A stretch of DNA of 64,000 bases from a virus (IMGVR_UViG_3300010885_020237:29678-93677), one strand, 5' to 3'. Counted from the stretch's first letter, positions 39,001 through 47,854 are shown. The notes: generated by a model not told the origin, from the letters alone. Numbers and translations: made by a program.

Positions 39001-42000
39001 GTATAATGAAAACCCATCTTCTGAATTTTTACTTCTTTGACCTAAATACCATTTATTAGTACCCGCAGTAAGCCAAGTAAACATATTTTCTGTAGTAATA
39101 GCATTTCTAGCTAATACATGATAAGAATTAGTTCCACTATTACCTAGATTTAAAGTAAGTAATCCACTAAACGTAGCACTTGTTCCTGAAATTTGTTGAT
39201 TAAATACGTGAATACCAACATCAGCATTATACACTAAATTTGTTGCGTGTTGAATATATGCTTGCCTATCTCCTACTGCATTTAACCATTGAATATAAGG
39301 ATTTAATGCTTTTATTGAAAGTGGAGAACCCGTTGTTACATTAGAACTAAATGTAGCACTCCCTCCATTTGTTAATGTTATTATGTTTGCTTGTGTTCCA
39401 CTACCAATACTCCATTGTGTTGATGAAGTTAGTGTTCCTGCATACCAATTCTCATATCCTGCATTATACCAATTGACTTTAATTCCATTACCTGCTAATT
39501 GAATCGTTGAGCTAAACGTAGCGCTTGTACCACTCAATGCTCCTGTAAGAGTACCTCCTGTTAATGGTAAATAAGCAGTAGAGGTATAAGCGTTAGAACC
39601 AAGTCCTAAGAATGTTTGATATTGTGCCCATGTTCCAAATTCAACTCTACTATTTGTTGAATTATATATTAATGCAGAAGGAACAGTTCCACTTGTGTAT
39701 GTCGCTAAAGCAATAGCAAGACCATTCCATAAAGTACTATTAGCCACTGTACTTCCTGCTGCATAAAAATCTCCTGTATTATTATTTGCTGCTGTACCAA
39801 ATGTACGATACGCTACAAAGTCTCCTGTAGCTGAATTAGCAGCAGTGCCAAAAGTTCTATATGCTAATACGTCTGTACCTATTGCGAGTCCCAAATTAGT
39901 TCTTGCAGTAGCAGCAGTAGTTGCGGCTGTTCCACCATTTGCAATAGGTAAAGTTCCAGTTACATTAGTAGCTAAATTAACGCTTGACAAATATGAATTT
40001 GGATTAGACGCTAAATAATATGTGCTATTATCGTAGCTAATAGTGGTACCACTAATTTTTATAAATCCAGTTCCACTTAATGCTGCTTGTTTACCATTAA
40101 ACGTATTCCAATCTGTACTAGTTAAATAACCGTTTACTGAAGTAGTGGCAGCAGGAATTGATATAGCTGGTGTTGTTCCTCCGCTAGAAACTATTGGTGA
40201 AGTTCCTGTAACTGAGGTAACGTATCCTGCTAAAGATGGTGTACCAGTTAATTGACTATAAGGTAATGATAATGATGATAAAGTGGTTATTGTACTATTT
40301 GATGTAGCTGTAATATTTGCAGCCGTTCCACTTGTATTTTGATTTAAAGTAGGATATAGAGAGGTATTGGTAGGTAATGAAGTTAATCCTGATCCTTGAC
40401 CAATAAAAGATAATCCATTTATGTTACCATTAACAGTTAATGATCCTGTTATACCTACTGAACCAGTAAATGTTTGAGTATTTGATAATGAGTTTCCGAA
40501 TATATTTGAACCGCTGCTATAAACTACAGAACTAGATACAGTTTGAACTATTAATGTTTGCGCTGTAAGTGTCCCTGCAACTGTAAAATTATTAGCGTAT
40601 GAAGCTGTTGCTGCATAAGATGCACTTGTTGCATTAGTTGCAGATATTGCGAATGTTGCATATGAAGCTGTTGATGCATAAGAAGCGCTTGTTGCATTTA
40701 AAGCGTATGATGATGATGTAGTAGATGCTGCGTATGAAGCACTAACTGCGTTTAAAATATATGATGCTGTTTGAGCGTTAGCTACGTATGAAGCTGTAGC
40801 AGCGTAAGATGCACTAATGGCCTTTAATGAGTAAGACGCAGTTGCTGCTGTTTGTGCAAAATCTGCATATGACGCTGATGCAATAGATCCAGATTGAGAC
40901 ACAGATACACTAAATGTGGTACCATTAGCTTTAGTAAAAGTAATCGTATCAATCGCAGCAGATGCGGTTATTATGGCATTTGGTGTATATGAAGAGGTTA
41001 ATGCGTATGATGCAGAAGTAGCATTAATAGCGTATGAAGAGGTTGTTGCATAAGATGCACTTACTGATGCTGTTGGTACATTAAGCGCATACGAAGCTGT
41101 TACTGCGTATGATGCAGATGATATTGATCCTGTAATTCCATTGGTTACTATAAGAGATCCTGTAACAGTAGTATTTCCCTGTACTCTCATTGAACCTGAT
41201 ACGTCTAATCTGTATCCAGAATCAGTAGTTGAGTTACCAATAGATACATTTAAGGTAGGTCCAAACATAGTCATCCCTAATCCAGTAATTAGATTACCAA
41301 AAGATAAACCATAATATTGATCAGCGTATCTACCACCTTGTAGAGTTAAATAACCGTTTGTTTGATCTAAGAATACGTTTGCTCCAAAATTATTGTATTG
41401 GAAATCCATGTAAGCGGGTACATTACCTGGATTCAATCTTATTCTACCTCCGTAAGCACCGGTGGCAATAACTCTCATCGTGTCAACCTGTCCTGCATAT
41501 AATCCCGCTGTATAACCTGGGTCAACATATAATCCATATCCAACAGTACCTGCTAGATTACTTGGTGCATTAACTCCAATTAATACTGATCCATTATCCC
41601 AAACTGATAAACCATTTTGGCCTGTTTTGCTTACTAAGCTAACAAAAGGAGATACAGGCGTTGTATTAACCGTATTAAAGGCTGCTGAGCTGCTTACCAC
41701 TAAGCTACCAGTTATTATAGCGCTTCCTGTATAAGGAAACGTATTGGAGTTTGGTGCATTTAAAACATATGACGCAGTTAAAGCATACGATGAACTTACA
41801 GAATTCTTAACATATGAAGCTGTTGAAGCGTAAGAGGCAGAAGCTATGAATCCATTTAAATATGATGCTGTTTGCGCATAAGATGCACTAGTAATAGCGC
41901 CACTAAATGATCCAGTAAAAGATCCCGTAAAACTTCCTGATAAAAAAGTATTAATGGGTTCTGGCGATATTTGTTGATTATTACCAACACTTACTGATGT

Positions 42001-42051
42001 AAAATTAACACTCGCAGACTGTTGCGCTATCAGGTTCCAAATTTGAGGCAT
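33058..42051 (-). CDS. Giant mosaic tail fibre (2997 aa) with C-terminal intramolecular chaperone (peptidase S74)
   Basis: G/S/T/A-rich repeats; VTAYSDARLKDNV...RGVTF...GIIAQE...VAYGNIVGLLIEAIKE. Confidence 0.88.
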   Translation of the reverse strand: MPQIWNLIAQQSASVNFTSVSVGNNQQISPEPINTFLSGSFTGSFTGSFSGAITSASYAQTASYLNGFIASASYASTASYVKNSVSSSYALTASYVLNAPNSNTFPYTGSAIITGSLVVSSSAAFNTVNTTPVSPFVSLVSKTGQNGLSVWDNGSVLIGVNAPSNLAGTVGYGLYVDPGYTAGLYAGQVDTMRVIATGAYGGRIRLNPGNVPAYMDFQYNNFGANVFLDQTNGYLTLQGGRYADQYYGLSFGNLITGLGMTMFGPTLNVSIGNSTTDSGYRLDVSGSMRVQGNTTVTGSLIVTNGITGSISSASYAVTASYALNVPTASVSASYATTSSYAINATSASYALTSSYTPNAIITASAAIDTITFTKANGTTFSVSVSQSGSIASASYADFAQTAATASYSLKAISASYAATASYVANAQTASYILNAVSASYAASTTSSSYALNATSASYASTASYATFAISATNATSASYAATASYANNFTVAGTLTAQTLIVQTVSSSVVYSSGSNIFGNSLSNTQTFTGSVGITGSLTVNGNINGLSFIGQGSGLTSLPTNTSLYPTLNQNTSGTAANITATSNSTITTLSSLSLPYSQLTGTPSLAGYVTSVTGTSPIVSSGGTTPAISIPAATTSVNGYLTSTDWNTFNGKQAALSGTGFIKISGTTISYDNSTYYLASNPNSYLSSVNLATNVTGTLPIANGGTAATTAATARTNLGLAIGTDVLAYRTFGTAANSATGDFVAYRTFGTAANNNTGDFYAAGSTVANSTLWNGLAIALATYTSGTVPSALIYNSTNSRVEFGTWAQYQTFLGLGSNAYTSTAYLPLTGGTLTGALSGTSATFSSTIQLAGNGIKVNWYNAGYENWYAGTLTSSTQWSIGSGTQANIITLTNGGSATFSSNVTTGSPLSIKALNPYIQWLNAVGDRQAYIQHATNLVYNADVGIHVFNQQISGTSATFSGLLTLNLGNSGTNSYHVLARNAITTENMFTWLTAGTNKWYLGQRSKNSEDGFSLYTTSAATDALYFAPSGVATFSSRVNVNGATDDASYALNVAGAGYFSTIIEAKGGNFRWAITKQYGVTAENTPDGIGTRIGSSPNGYPAIEGYVLGSLTPYYLLINPRGEFVTFGAIPGVGTGKIFAGAADFSGVITTTSRLNVNGATDDGSTALNVTGTSKISGAVTMATTSGNVGIGTTSPGAMLDIYHATNGYASVGLQGYTGATKWFLTSGISGDTIQDFSISQNNNGTSPKFRIASTGAATFSSSITAGSGFIKTGYSDSYFLLAGGGTTPTSNYAPATGGSYLPLAGGTLTGDLTISKSVPILYFAATGGATGILYNTGAALRFTNNGGTTPPFIYDIATGAVSMGYTLAVTGAATFSSTISASNFSGTSSGTNTGDQTNISGNAATATLATTSTNWSGYNAGLLNWTTGNGTSTSGQNRMAARIYSLGRKIYLDETFNYGTNSLNVYDNNGTGTVTITRVSAPYAVSTSGYQAQIQHTGSGQNPGYGGFYFATQTRSNATFACVFRAKLPSGYTINWASNSTGTGGNNYWVTDNVGTGKYEDYVYVVRCGDSGTFSSTMFFYISGSPAPSSGSPLTWYLSSATVYDVDDRDNTNTQGYTPLTSNNYTSYSPTLTGGGASGNWGINVTGTAASISGFNNPTTAATANTIVYRDASGHITGNYGLYSYVNTSDDVSEGTITYIMAKFGDNYHRSATAAKVQTFLGLGSNAYTSTAYLPLAGGTLTGNVISTGDTFVTYGPNSTWSSYLRVGGNGRTVSGNLYASVVTTNGNLHLDSGDARGLYLNFYGGTAGIVFGTGASGVAASVDSAGNFWKGSTIGAGTQYVYNSGTWGISISGNAATATTATYIYSPDGGRNPSTTSLPNTNPRTVRFDFAGAGYITGATGNYVGVMTYTPWDGTSVSTGDSSYQLAFCNYSGVNASGLPGLAIRNGINSSWNATWYQMLHSGNYTSYAVPLSGYTFGTAFSLGTMYVATGAQATVTSLLGVYSNGYAYTFGAAAIAGFISGQTFNTLGNAATATNATNASNITLTSLGNGSVNVSNGSSAVYRNENGAGGNLNYAPVLHLGGGDTMWQIQGDYYSSTTLQWRAGYNGSWYAWRTILHSANYNSYSPTLTGTGASGTWGINITGTAGSETLATVTGRGASTAASVSFLNRIAIGDGTTYPYINTGSPGIWCSYAGSSTQGGFIGAVSTSMMGIYVAASAAWTITANSSGQVTINNATTSLGYNLGVSGTGYFSGNVTIGGTITSNITNGYGLILNRAAVTNYNGISHQTAGSAKWFVGMRENLSSNNYIIYSEVGIDALTLNQSTGAATFSSSVQTANAVNGGGFIMWVDGNGNSRAWKMVSDSYNYGDWGLQQATTYGGSVYANKLIVNAGNLTIGSVPGTGAGNVYAVTFVGALSGNATTSTSTTLLAALGAYVWSNSSAPSSYQNGIQNSFVSAAEGFPSYGSVMNMKSYSGGGGGTLQLYTPYSPNYGGTSLRFRTGIYETDTFTAWKIMLDEINYSSYAVPIGGATLTNVFYYQTNQGAYSGVLDSARLQVYATGGNSAFMSFHRAGNYAVNFGLDADNVLRIGGWSAAANRWQLDMSGNQTIAGIGSFGSYVVATTFYDSVYSAGWTGNGSSTYTQWKIVNSKNSYSGFYDAYSQVNPVMYDSSGNGGIYYEPSGTWWTFYNRGNACMGINSSVTDSSYSLHVGGGKGIKSLAGYNYFGGAVYSATYLASGSDVFTNANYGYGLVGLYSAYRFQGIFTMGDAYRLSADGTTPGNLYGLSWSYPAAGGQAANLSSHGLLVMQNGVTMAAISTNIWISGQFNGSGAGLTGTASSLTAGNVTINYNNNSNSNYQVLWGSGNGVFGTAEIYVNPYYDSLNIGGNFYAGGNVTAYSDARLKDNVELIPNAIEKVQAIRGVTFTRNDAKEEFKNKRHTGIIAQELLEVLPEAVSLDHKGIYSVAYGNIVGLLIEAIKEQQSQIEELKNLINSK

Positions 42052-42090
42052 TAATTAGCAGTTTAAGTATAAATATCCACAGAATTATAA

Positions 42091-42297
42091 CTAGCGCCTT
42101 AATCCAAATTTAATATATTTATACCACGTTCTTTCATGTAGATAATATACAAATGGTTTAATTAATAATTCTGCTAAACTAAACGTAGCGCTCATCTTAA
42201 TGCTTCCCGTGCTCACCCATATGATTAAAAATCCAATCAATGTACTAATCAGTCTATAACTTATAGTCTTAGCCAGGTGTCTCTTATGCTGTACCAT
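42091..42297 (-). CDS. Small membrane protein, DUF2061-like
   Basis: RHLAKTISYRLIST...YYLHERTW; likely ATG at 42297. Confidence 0.75.
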   Translation of the reverse strand: MVQHKRHLAKTISYRLISTLIGFLIIWVSTGSIKMSATFSLAELLIKPFVYYLHERTWYKYIKFGLRR

Positions 42298-42622
42298 TGC
42301 GTATTGATGTTCCGCTGATGCTAATAATATCAGCAGGAGGTTCATGATAGATTACTTCGTATCCAACTCCTCTACCATAGTTTACTGATTCTATGTCAGG
42401 GATGATAGAAATAAATAGTTTTCCAGTATGTAATAGATCCAATAACTCTATTTTTAATTCATCAAGTACTTGGTGCGCAGTCTTTGGATTATTCTCGTCT
42501 TGTTCAACGTCTCTAATGGCTAGCCAGACATTTTTACCCCTATTTAATTGTTGATCAATCAACCATCTGTGGCCTTTGTGCCATGTTTGCCATCTTCCGA
42601 TGAATAATGCGTATTTTTTCAT
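42284..42622 (-). CDS. HxGH nucleotidyltransferase (cytidylyltransferase-like)
   Basis: FIGRWQTWHKGH, YGRGVGY, ISGTSIR. Confidence 0.8.
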   Translation of the reverse strand: MKKYALFIGRWQTWHKGHRWLIDQQLNRGKNVWLAIRDVEQDENNPKTAHQVLDELKIELLDLLHTGKLFISIIPDIESVNYGRGVGYEVIYHEPPADIISISGTSIRNGTA

Positions 42623-43059
42623 AAACTAAGTTGTTTAATAAGTTTTTTATAAGATTCAAATTCAGTATCATTAGTGGTATCTATGTCAATAAAATCCTCT
42701 GTTGGTTTCTCATAATCAGAAACATGATACTGCGTTCTTCCTCTATCAATAAAAGCGTGAACGTATACTTCTTTAATATTGTCGCCAAACTTTTCTTTAA
42801 ATTTGTCCCTTTGATCTTTATAGGGAGATACTAAAGCCACACATACATTGTGCCCTTTGTCATGTAAAAAATGGGCTAAGTTTTGGGCTAACTCTACATT
42901 CTTTCTTCTTCCAGTTTCGCTATAATCTTTATTGCTAAATATTTTTCTAATGTCATCTCCATCAATTAGTACTGGTTTTTTAAGATGTAGATGAGTTACT
43001 AAATGATTTGCTAAGGTTGTTTTTCCTGCACCTGGTTGGCCTGTAAACCAATATATCAT
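42619..43059 (-). CDS. cysC: Adenylyl-sulfate (APS) kinase
   Basis: MIYWFTGQPGAGKTT, IDGDDIR, DYSETGRRKNV, ALVSPY, YEKP; ATG at 43059. Confidence 0.9.
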   Translation of the reverse strand: MIYWFTGQPGAGKTTLANHLVTHLHLKKPVLIDGDDIRKIFSNKDYSETGRRKNVELAQNLAHFLHDKGHNVCVALVSPYKDQRDKFKEKFGDNIKEVYVHAFIDRGRTQYHVSDYEKPTEDFIDIDTTNDTEFESYKKLIKQLSL

Positions 43060-43066
43060 AAGCTGT

Positions 43067-43888
43067 TTATTTACTGTATCCGAAGCTATCGAAATACCAT
43101 TTAAAATTAATATATATCCACTCGTATGTATAATCTCCCAAGATGTCCCTAGAGTCATTGGCCAGCGCTTGTACTCTGTTTCTAATGGTATGATCGCCAT
43201 ATATTCCATGAACGCTGTCGTCTTCTATTGTGATCTGTTCTACACGATTAAAGTCATGCTTGTATTCAGGTAATTCAAAATATTCATAGATGCTTTTAAC
43301 TACTGCTTCTGGGTTAGTGCAGAGATCTTCGTATCTTAAGAATAAGAACTTTGACGCTGTTCCATCTAACATTGATTGATTCAGCTTTGGTATAGCATGT
43401 CCTATTGGATGGGTTGTTGCCCATTTCTCTACTCGCTGCTGAGTAGTTAATCCTGTTAGATTCATGTTATCTAGAGTTCCATCTTCAATATCAGGGTTTG
43501 CTCTAAATTTCTTTTCCATTGATGCAAAGATATCCCTTAAATCCCTTACTAAAAATAGGATTTTAGGTTTCTCAAACATGTTTATCAGTAATGGATAAGT
43601 AGCTCCCCAATTTCTGTTCTTGTCTAAGATGTAGGGTTTGTCTGTTAGATGGGCGGTGTAGCCTTCTAATCCTGATTTACAGAAAGCATAGAATCCTTCT
43701 TTCCATTGATTCTTATCTCCTGCTTTTGATTCGTGGTTTCCATTATATCCGATCCTTGCTCCTAGCATAAGATCGATCATTCCCGACGTTGGTGTAACGT
43801 GAAATGATGGGTTTTGGCCCATTATGTTTTGTAGTAGTGTCGATCCTGCTCTTGGTAGAGAGGATTGATAGAATATTGTTTGTTTCAT
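43067..43888 (-). CDS. PAPS-dependent sulfotransferase
   Basis: 5'-PSB SLPRAGSTLL, DKNR.W, 3'-PB RDLRDIFAS, LRYEDL. Confidence 0.9.
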   Translation of the reverse strand: MKQTIFYQSSLPRAGSTLLQNIMGQNPSFHVTPTSGMIDLMLGARIGYNGNHESKAGDKNQWKEGFYAFCKSGLEGYTAHLTDKPYILDKNRNWGATYPLLINMFEKPKILFLVRDLRDIFASMEKKFRANPDIEDGTLDNMNLTGLTTQQRVEKWATTHPIGHAIPKLNQSMLDGTASKFLFLRYEDLCTNPEAVVKSIYEYFELPEYKHDFNRVEQITIEDDSVHGIYGDHTIRNRVQALANDSRDILGDYTYEWIYINFKWYFDSFGYSK

Positions 43889-43893
43889 AACCT

Positions 43894-43925
43894 CAAATGT
43901 AATAACTTATTTTTTGATAACCAAA
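43894..43925 (-). promoter_or_regulatory. Complete Bacteroidota primary-sigma promoter for the sulfation genes
   Basis: TTTG - 20 nt - TACATTTG on the coding strand, ending 5 nt before the sulfotransferase ATG. Confidence 0.6.
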
Positions 43926-43930
43926 TTTAT

Positions 43931-44929
43931 TTATTTGGTGCATGTGCATATTAAGGGAGGATATGTAAATAATTCTGTGCATGTCAATTGCCCTAGCGCT
44001 GGGGTGAATCCTCCAAATGCTATAGCAGAGATTCTAGTTCCTGCTCCTGCAGGGGTATGTCTAGCAACGATTAAACCGGTTTGTGTAGACCAAACAGTTC
44101 CATTATATGCTTCAGTACAAGTACTTACTCCTCCTCCAAATGCTAATGCTGCTGTTTGAATACCAGCTCCACCCATTGAATCTCTCGTATTGATCATCGC
44201 TCCCCCAGCGGACCATGTTGAACCATTATATGCTTCTGTACATGAACGAGATATGCTAGGTGGAATGCTATATCCACCAAATGCTAATGCTGCTGTTTGG
44301 GTGCCTACGCCTGATAAATATCCTCTAGCTGTAATTAATGCTGCTCCCGAAGCCCATGTTGATCCATTAAATAGTTCAGTACATGATATAGATATACCGC
44401 CAGAACTCTGACCTCCAATAGCAATTCCTGCTGTTTGAGTGCCAGCGGCAGATGGCATAAATCTAGCACAAATTAATCCTCCGCTAGATGTCCAAGTTGA
44501 ACCATTATAAATTTCTGTAGCATTAAAAGTATTACCTGGAACGAACCCTCCAAATACAACTGCTGCTGTTTGAGTACCTGCTCCGGCTAATGAATGTCTG
44601 CAGCTAATTAAATTCCCCTTTGATGACCAAGCAGTTCCATTATATGCTTCTGTAGCATTAGTTGGTATTGCTCCGGGTAAACAACCCCCAACAGCAAGTG
44701 CCGCAGTTTGAGTACCTGCACCTGCTAAATATGATCTAGCATTAATCATTGCACCTCCTGCTGTCCAAATACCGATAGATCCACTCTGATAAGTATACTG
44801 TATTTGATTCAAATCAGTATTAAACCATAGGTTACCAACTGAACCTGTAAATGATCCTGTTGATGCATTTGGTATTAGTGGTAATGCTACTGCTGAACCT
44901 GTTATGAATAGTGAACCTGATATTATCAT
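43931..44929 (-). CDS. Kelch-like beta-propeller protein (6 repeats), probably virion-associated
   Basis: Repeats of W..GG.(M/L)I.AR..LAGAGTQTAALAFGG....CTE.YNG..W; shared N-terminal TGSFTGS.GN.WFNTD. Confidence 0.8.
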   Translation of the reverse strand: MIISGSLFITGSAVALPLIPNASTGSFTGSVGNLWFNTDLNQIQYTYQSGSIGIWTAGGAMINARSYLAGAGTQTAALAVGGCLPGAIPTNATEAYNGTAWSSKGNLISCRHSLAGAGTQTAAVVFGGFVPGNTFNATEIYNGSTWTSSGGLICARFMPSAAGTQTAGIAIGGQSSGGISISCTELFNGSTWASGAALITARGYLSGVGTQTAALAFGGYSIPPSISRSCTEAYNGSTWSAGGAMINTRDSMGGAGIQTAALAFGGGVSTCTEAYNGTVWSTQTGLIVARHTPAGAGTRISAIAFGGFTPALGQLTCTELFTYPPLICTCTK

Positions 44930-44932
44930 TTG

Positions 44933-44954
44933 TTGTGGTTTATAGTGAGCATGT
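44933..44954. repeat. 22-bp direct repeat at a propeller-gene junction (copy 1)
   Basis: ttgtggtttatagtgagcatgt, identical to 46806-46827. Confidence 0.85.
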
Positions 44955-46802
44955 GCATATTAGTGGAAGTATTGGCATTGTGAATAGTTCTGTGCAGGCG
45001 TTACCACCAAATGCTAAAGTAGAATTTTGTGTTCCTACTCCTGATAATCCATTTCTAGTATTAATCATTGCTGTTTTAGATACCCATGTAGTTCCATTAT
45101 ATATTTCTGTACATGATACGCTTATAGGGGTGATATAACCACCAAATCCTAGAGCAGCAGTTGATGTTCCTGTTCCTCCTAAATATAATCTTCCATTAAT
45201 CATTGCCGTAGCCGATGACCAAGTTGAACCATTATATGTTTCTGTGCAAGAAACTATGGTTGGTGTTCTTCCACCAAACCCCAATGCTGCTGTTGTTGTT
45301 CCTGATCCACCTAATCCTAATCTAGCTGCAATCATTGCTCCACCTGCTGACCAAGTAGCTCCATTATATACAGAGGTACAAGAATATGTTACTACAGGCG
45401 GATTAGTTCCTCCAAATAACAATGCTGAATTTTGAGATATTCCTACTCCTCCAGCCCAATATCTTAGAGGAGATGGATTCGCGCATCCAGTTGCCCAAGC
45501 AATTCCATTATAGCATTGAGTGTTTGGAATCGCATCACCAAATGCTAAAGTTGCTGTTTGTGTTCCTACTCCATTACCTGCAGAAGCAGCATTGATCATT
45601 ATTCCTCCGGCTGACCACGATGATCCATTATAAGCTTCTGTACATCTAAGAGATGCAGGAGTAATATATCCTCCAAATGCTAATGCAGCTGTTGTTGTTC
45701 CGGCTCCTGCTAAGGCGCCTCTTGCAATAATCAGTGGATTTCCAGATGACCATACTGCTGAACCAAGACAAGTAGAAATAACGAATGTTGAGCTTATTGT
45801 GAATAATTCTGTACAAGTACAAGTAGGCACTCCACCAAATACAGTTGCGGCTATTGTTGTTCCTCCGCCTGAAAAAAGACATCTAGCAGAAATTATCGAT
45901 GTAGTTGTTGACCAAGAAGTTCCATTATATGTTTCTGTGCATGTAGCCGCAGAGTTAGGAGGATAAATTGATCCTCCTGCTGCTAATGCTGCAGATTGTG
46001 TTCCTGCTCTCGCTGCTCCATATCTAGCTTGAATCATTGCAGTTGCTGAAGACCAAGATGTTCCATTGTAAGTTTCTGTGCAGCTTACTCCTACAGAAGT
46101 AGCACCTCCAAAGGCTAATGCTGCAGTGGATGTTCCTGTACCTCCTCCATACGATCTAGCAGTAATTAATGCTCCACCTGCTGTCCATGTTGACCCATTA
46201 TATAATTCTGTACATGATACATTAGGATTTGGAGCTGCTTGAGCATATCCTCCAAATGCTAGAAAACTAGTAGTTGTACCTGCGCCTGCTGATTGTGCTC
46301 TGGCTGTAATTAAATTAGTAACATTAGTCCAAGTTGTGCCATTGAAAGTTTCTGTATTATTCCAATTGGCAGAGGTTCCAGGACCTCCTGAGGCTATAGT
46401 AGCAGTAGAAGTACCGGCAGTAGCCATTCCGTGTCTACCAATATTCATAGTTCCTACTAAAGCCCAAGATGAACCATTATATAATTCTGTGCATGTATTT
46501 AATCCTGATCCATTGAATCCTCCGAATGCTAATGCTGCTGTTTGAAGTCCTGTTCCTCCTAAATATCCTCTTCCACATATTAATCCAGGACCTGTTGACC
46601 ACACTCCCGCATTAGCAACATAAGATCCTGTTTGCCAAGTATACTGCAACTGATTAGTGTCAGTATTAAACCACATATTTCCAGCAGATCCAGTAAATGA
46701 ACCAGTACTAGCATTAGGTATAGATGCAAATTGCATAACAGCACCTAAAGATGTTGCTTTGATTGTTAGTGCTGGTTGTAATATTGATCCGGTTATTTGC
46801 AT
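44940..46802 (-). CDS. Kelch-like beta-propeller protein (12 repeats, two propellers)
   Basis: Same repeat and N-terminal module; C-terminal ICTCSL. Confidence 0.8.
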   Translation of the reverse strand: MQITGSILQPALTIKATSLGAVMQFASIPNASTGSFTGSAGNMWFNTDTNQLQYTWQTGSYVANAGVWSTGPGLICGRGYLGGTGLQTAALAFGGFNGSGLNTCTELYNGSSWALVGTMNIGRHGMATAGTSTATIASGGPGTSANWNNTETFNGTTWTNVTNLITARAQSAGAGTTTSFLAFGGYAQAAPNPNVSCTELYNGSTWTAGGALITARSYGGGTGTSTAALAFGGATSVGVSCTETYNGTSWSSATAMIQARYGAARAGTQSAALAAGGSIYPPNSAATCTETYNGTSWSTTTSIISARCLFSGGGTTIAATVFGGVPTCTCTELFTISSTFVISTCLGSAVWSSGNPLIIARGALAGAGTTTAALAFGGYITPASLRCTEAYNGSSWSAGGIMINAASAGNGVGTQTATLAFGDAIPNTQCYNGIAWATGCANPSPLRYWAGGVGISQNSALLFGGTNPPVVTYSCTSVYNGATWSAGGAMIAARLGLGGSGTTTAALGFGGRTPTIVSCTETYNGSTWSSATAMINGRLYLGGTGTSTAALGFGGYITPISVSCTEIYNGTTWVSKTAMINTRNGLSGVGTQNSTLAFGGNACTELFTMPILPLICTCSL

Positions 46803-46805
46803 TTA

Positions 46806-46827
46806 TTGTGGTTTATAGTGAGCATGT
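46806..46827. repeat. 22-bp direct repeat at a propeller-gene junction (copy 2)
   Basis: Identical to 44933-44954; spans the stop codon and spacer. Confidence 0.85.
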
Positions 46828-47820
46828 TCGTATTATTGTACCACCATTAAATAATTCTGTGGCCCCTGCAACGGTTGGGTTACTTCCTCCAAATGCTAAA
46901 GCACATGTTTGAGTTCCTGAGCCACCGTGTGATGCTCTTACAGCAATCATTGAGGTGGTTGATGACCATGAGATACCATCATAAAATTCTGTACATGAAA
47001 AACTTGTAGGTGGATTATAACCACCAAATGCTAAGCCCGAACTGTTAGAAGCGCCAGCCGCTCCTACAAGTCCTCTAGCTGTAATTAATGATCCTGCTGA
47101 TGACCACGTTGAACCATTATATTTTTCGGCACAAGAGAGACCGGAATTAGCCGGAGCTAATAATCCTCCAAAAGCCAATGCAGAAGTTTGAATTCCTGTA
47201 CCTGCTATATAAGCTCTAGCAGTAATTAATGCTGTACTAGATGACCAGGAGGTGCCATTAAATAGCTCAGTGCATGAAGAATTACCTCCAACAAATCCAC
47301 CAAAAGCCACAGCAGCAGTAGATGTTCCTGCTCCCGCAAGTGAAAATCTGGCTACAATTAAAGATGTAGTAGAAGCCCAAGAAGTTCCATTATAAACTTC
47401 AGATACTGCTGTCTCACCAGGCGCAAATCCTCCGAATCCCAATGCGGCATTTTGTGTACCCGCTGATCCAGGAAGTTGTCGCGCAGTAATCATTGATGCT
47501 ACAGAAGTCCAAGAAGTACCATTATATTTTTCAGTATCTGCACATGTCGCTGAATTAAATCCTCCAAACGCTAAAGTTGCTGATTGAATACCTGCGCCTC
47601 TTAATGCATATCTAGCTGTAATCATAGCAGAACCTATTGACCAAACCGCTGGGGGTGTGCTATAGTAAGTATATTGCAATTGATTAGTATCAGTATTAAA
47701 CCAAACATTACCAACTGAACCTGTAAATGAACCAGTCAATGAATTGGCCATTTGTGGCATCGCTATTACGGATCCTGTTATACTTAAAGCTATGTTAGTT
47801 GCTGATCCAGTTATTTGCAT
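46813..47820 (-). CDS. Kelch-like beta-propeller protein (6 repeats)
   Basis: Same repeat and N-terminal module; C-terminal IRTCSL. Confidence 0.8.
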   Translation of the reverse strand: MQITGSATNIALSITGSVIAMPQMANSLTGSFTGSVGNVWFNTDTNQLQYTYYSTPPAVWSIGSAMITARYALRGAGIQSATLAFGGFNSATCADTEKYNGTSWTSVASMITARQLPGSAGTQNAALGFGGFAPGETAVSEVYNGTSWASTTSLIVARFSLAGAGTSTAAVAFGGFVGGNSSCTELFNGTSWSSSTALITARAYIAGTGIQTSALAFGGLLAPANSGLSCAEKYNGSTWSSAGSLITARGLVGAAGASNSSGLAFGGYNPPTSFSCTEFYDGISWSSTTSMIAVRASHGGSGTQTCALAFGGSNPTVAGATELFNGGTIIRTCSL

Positions 47821-47854
47821 TGAGTTTGTATTATACTCATATAAATATTAGCAT

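Noticed and set aside
5544-43209. Longest-ORF starts given in the track for 6206, 6547, 6695, 9868, 31680, 42345 and 43209
   Set aside because: They overlap upstream genes or regulatory elements. Downstream ATGs (6188, 6496, 6689, 9682, 31644, 42297, 43059) fit domain boundaries and start context better.
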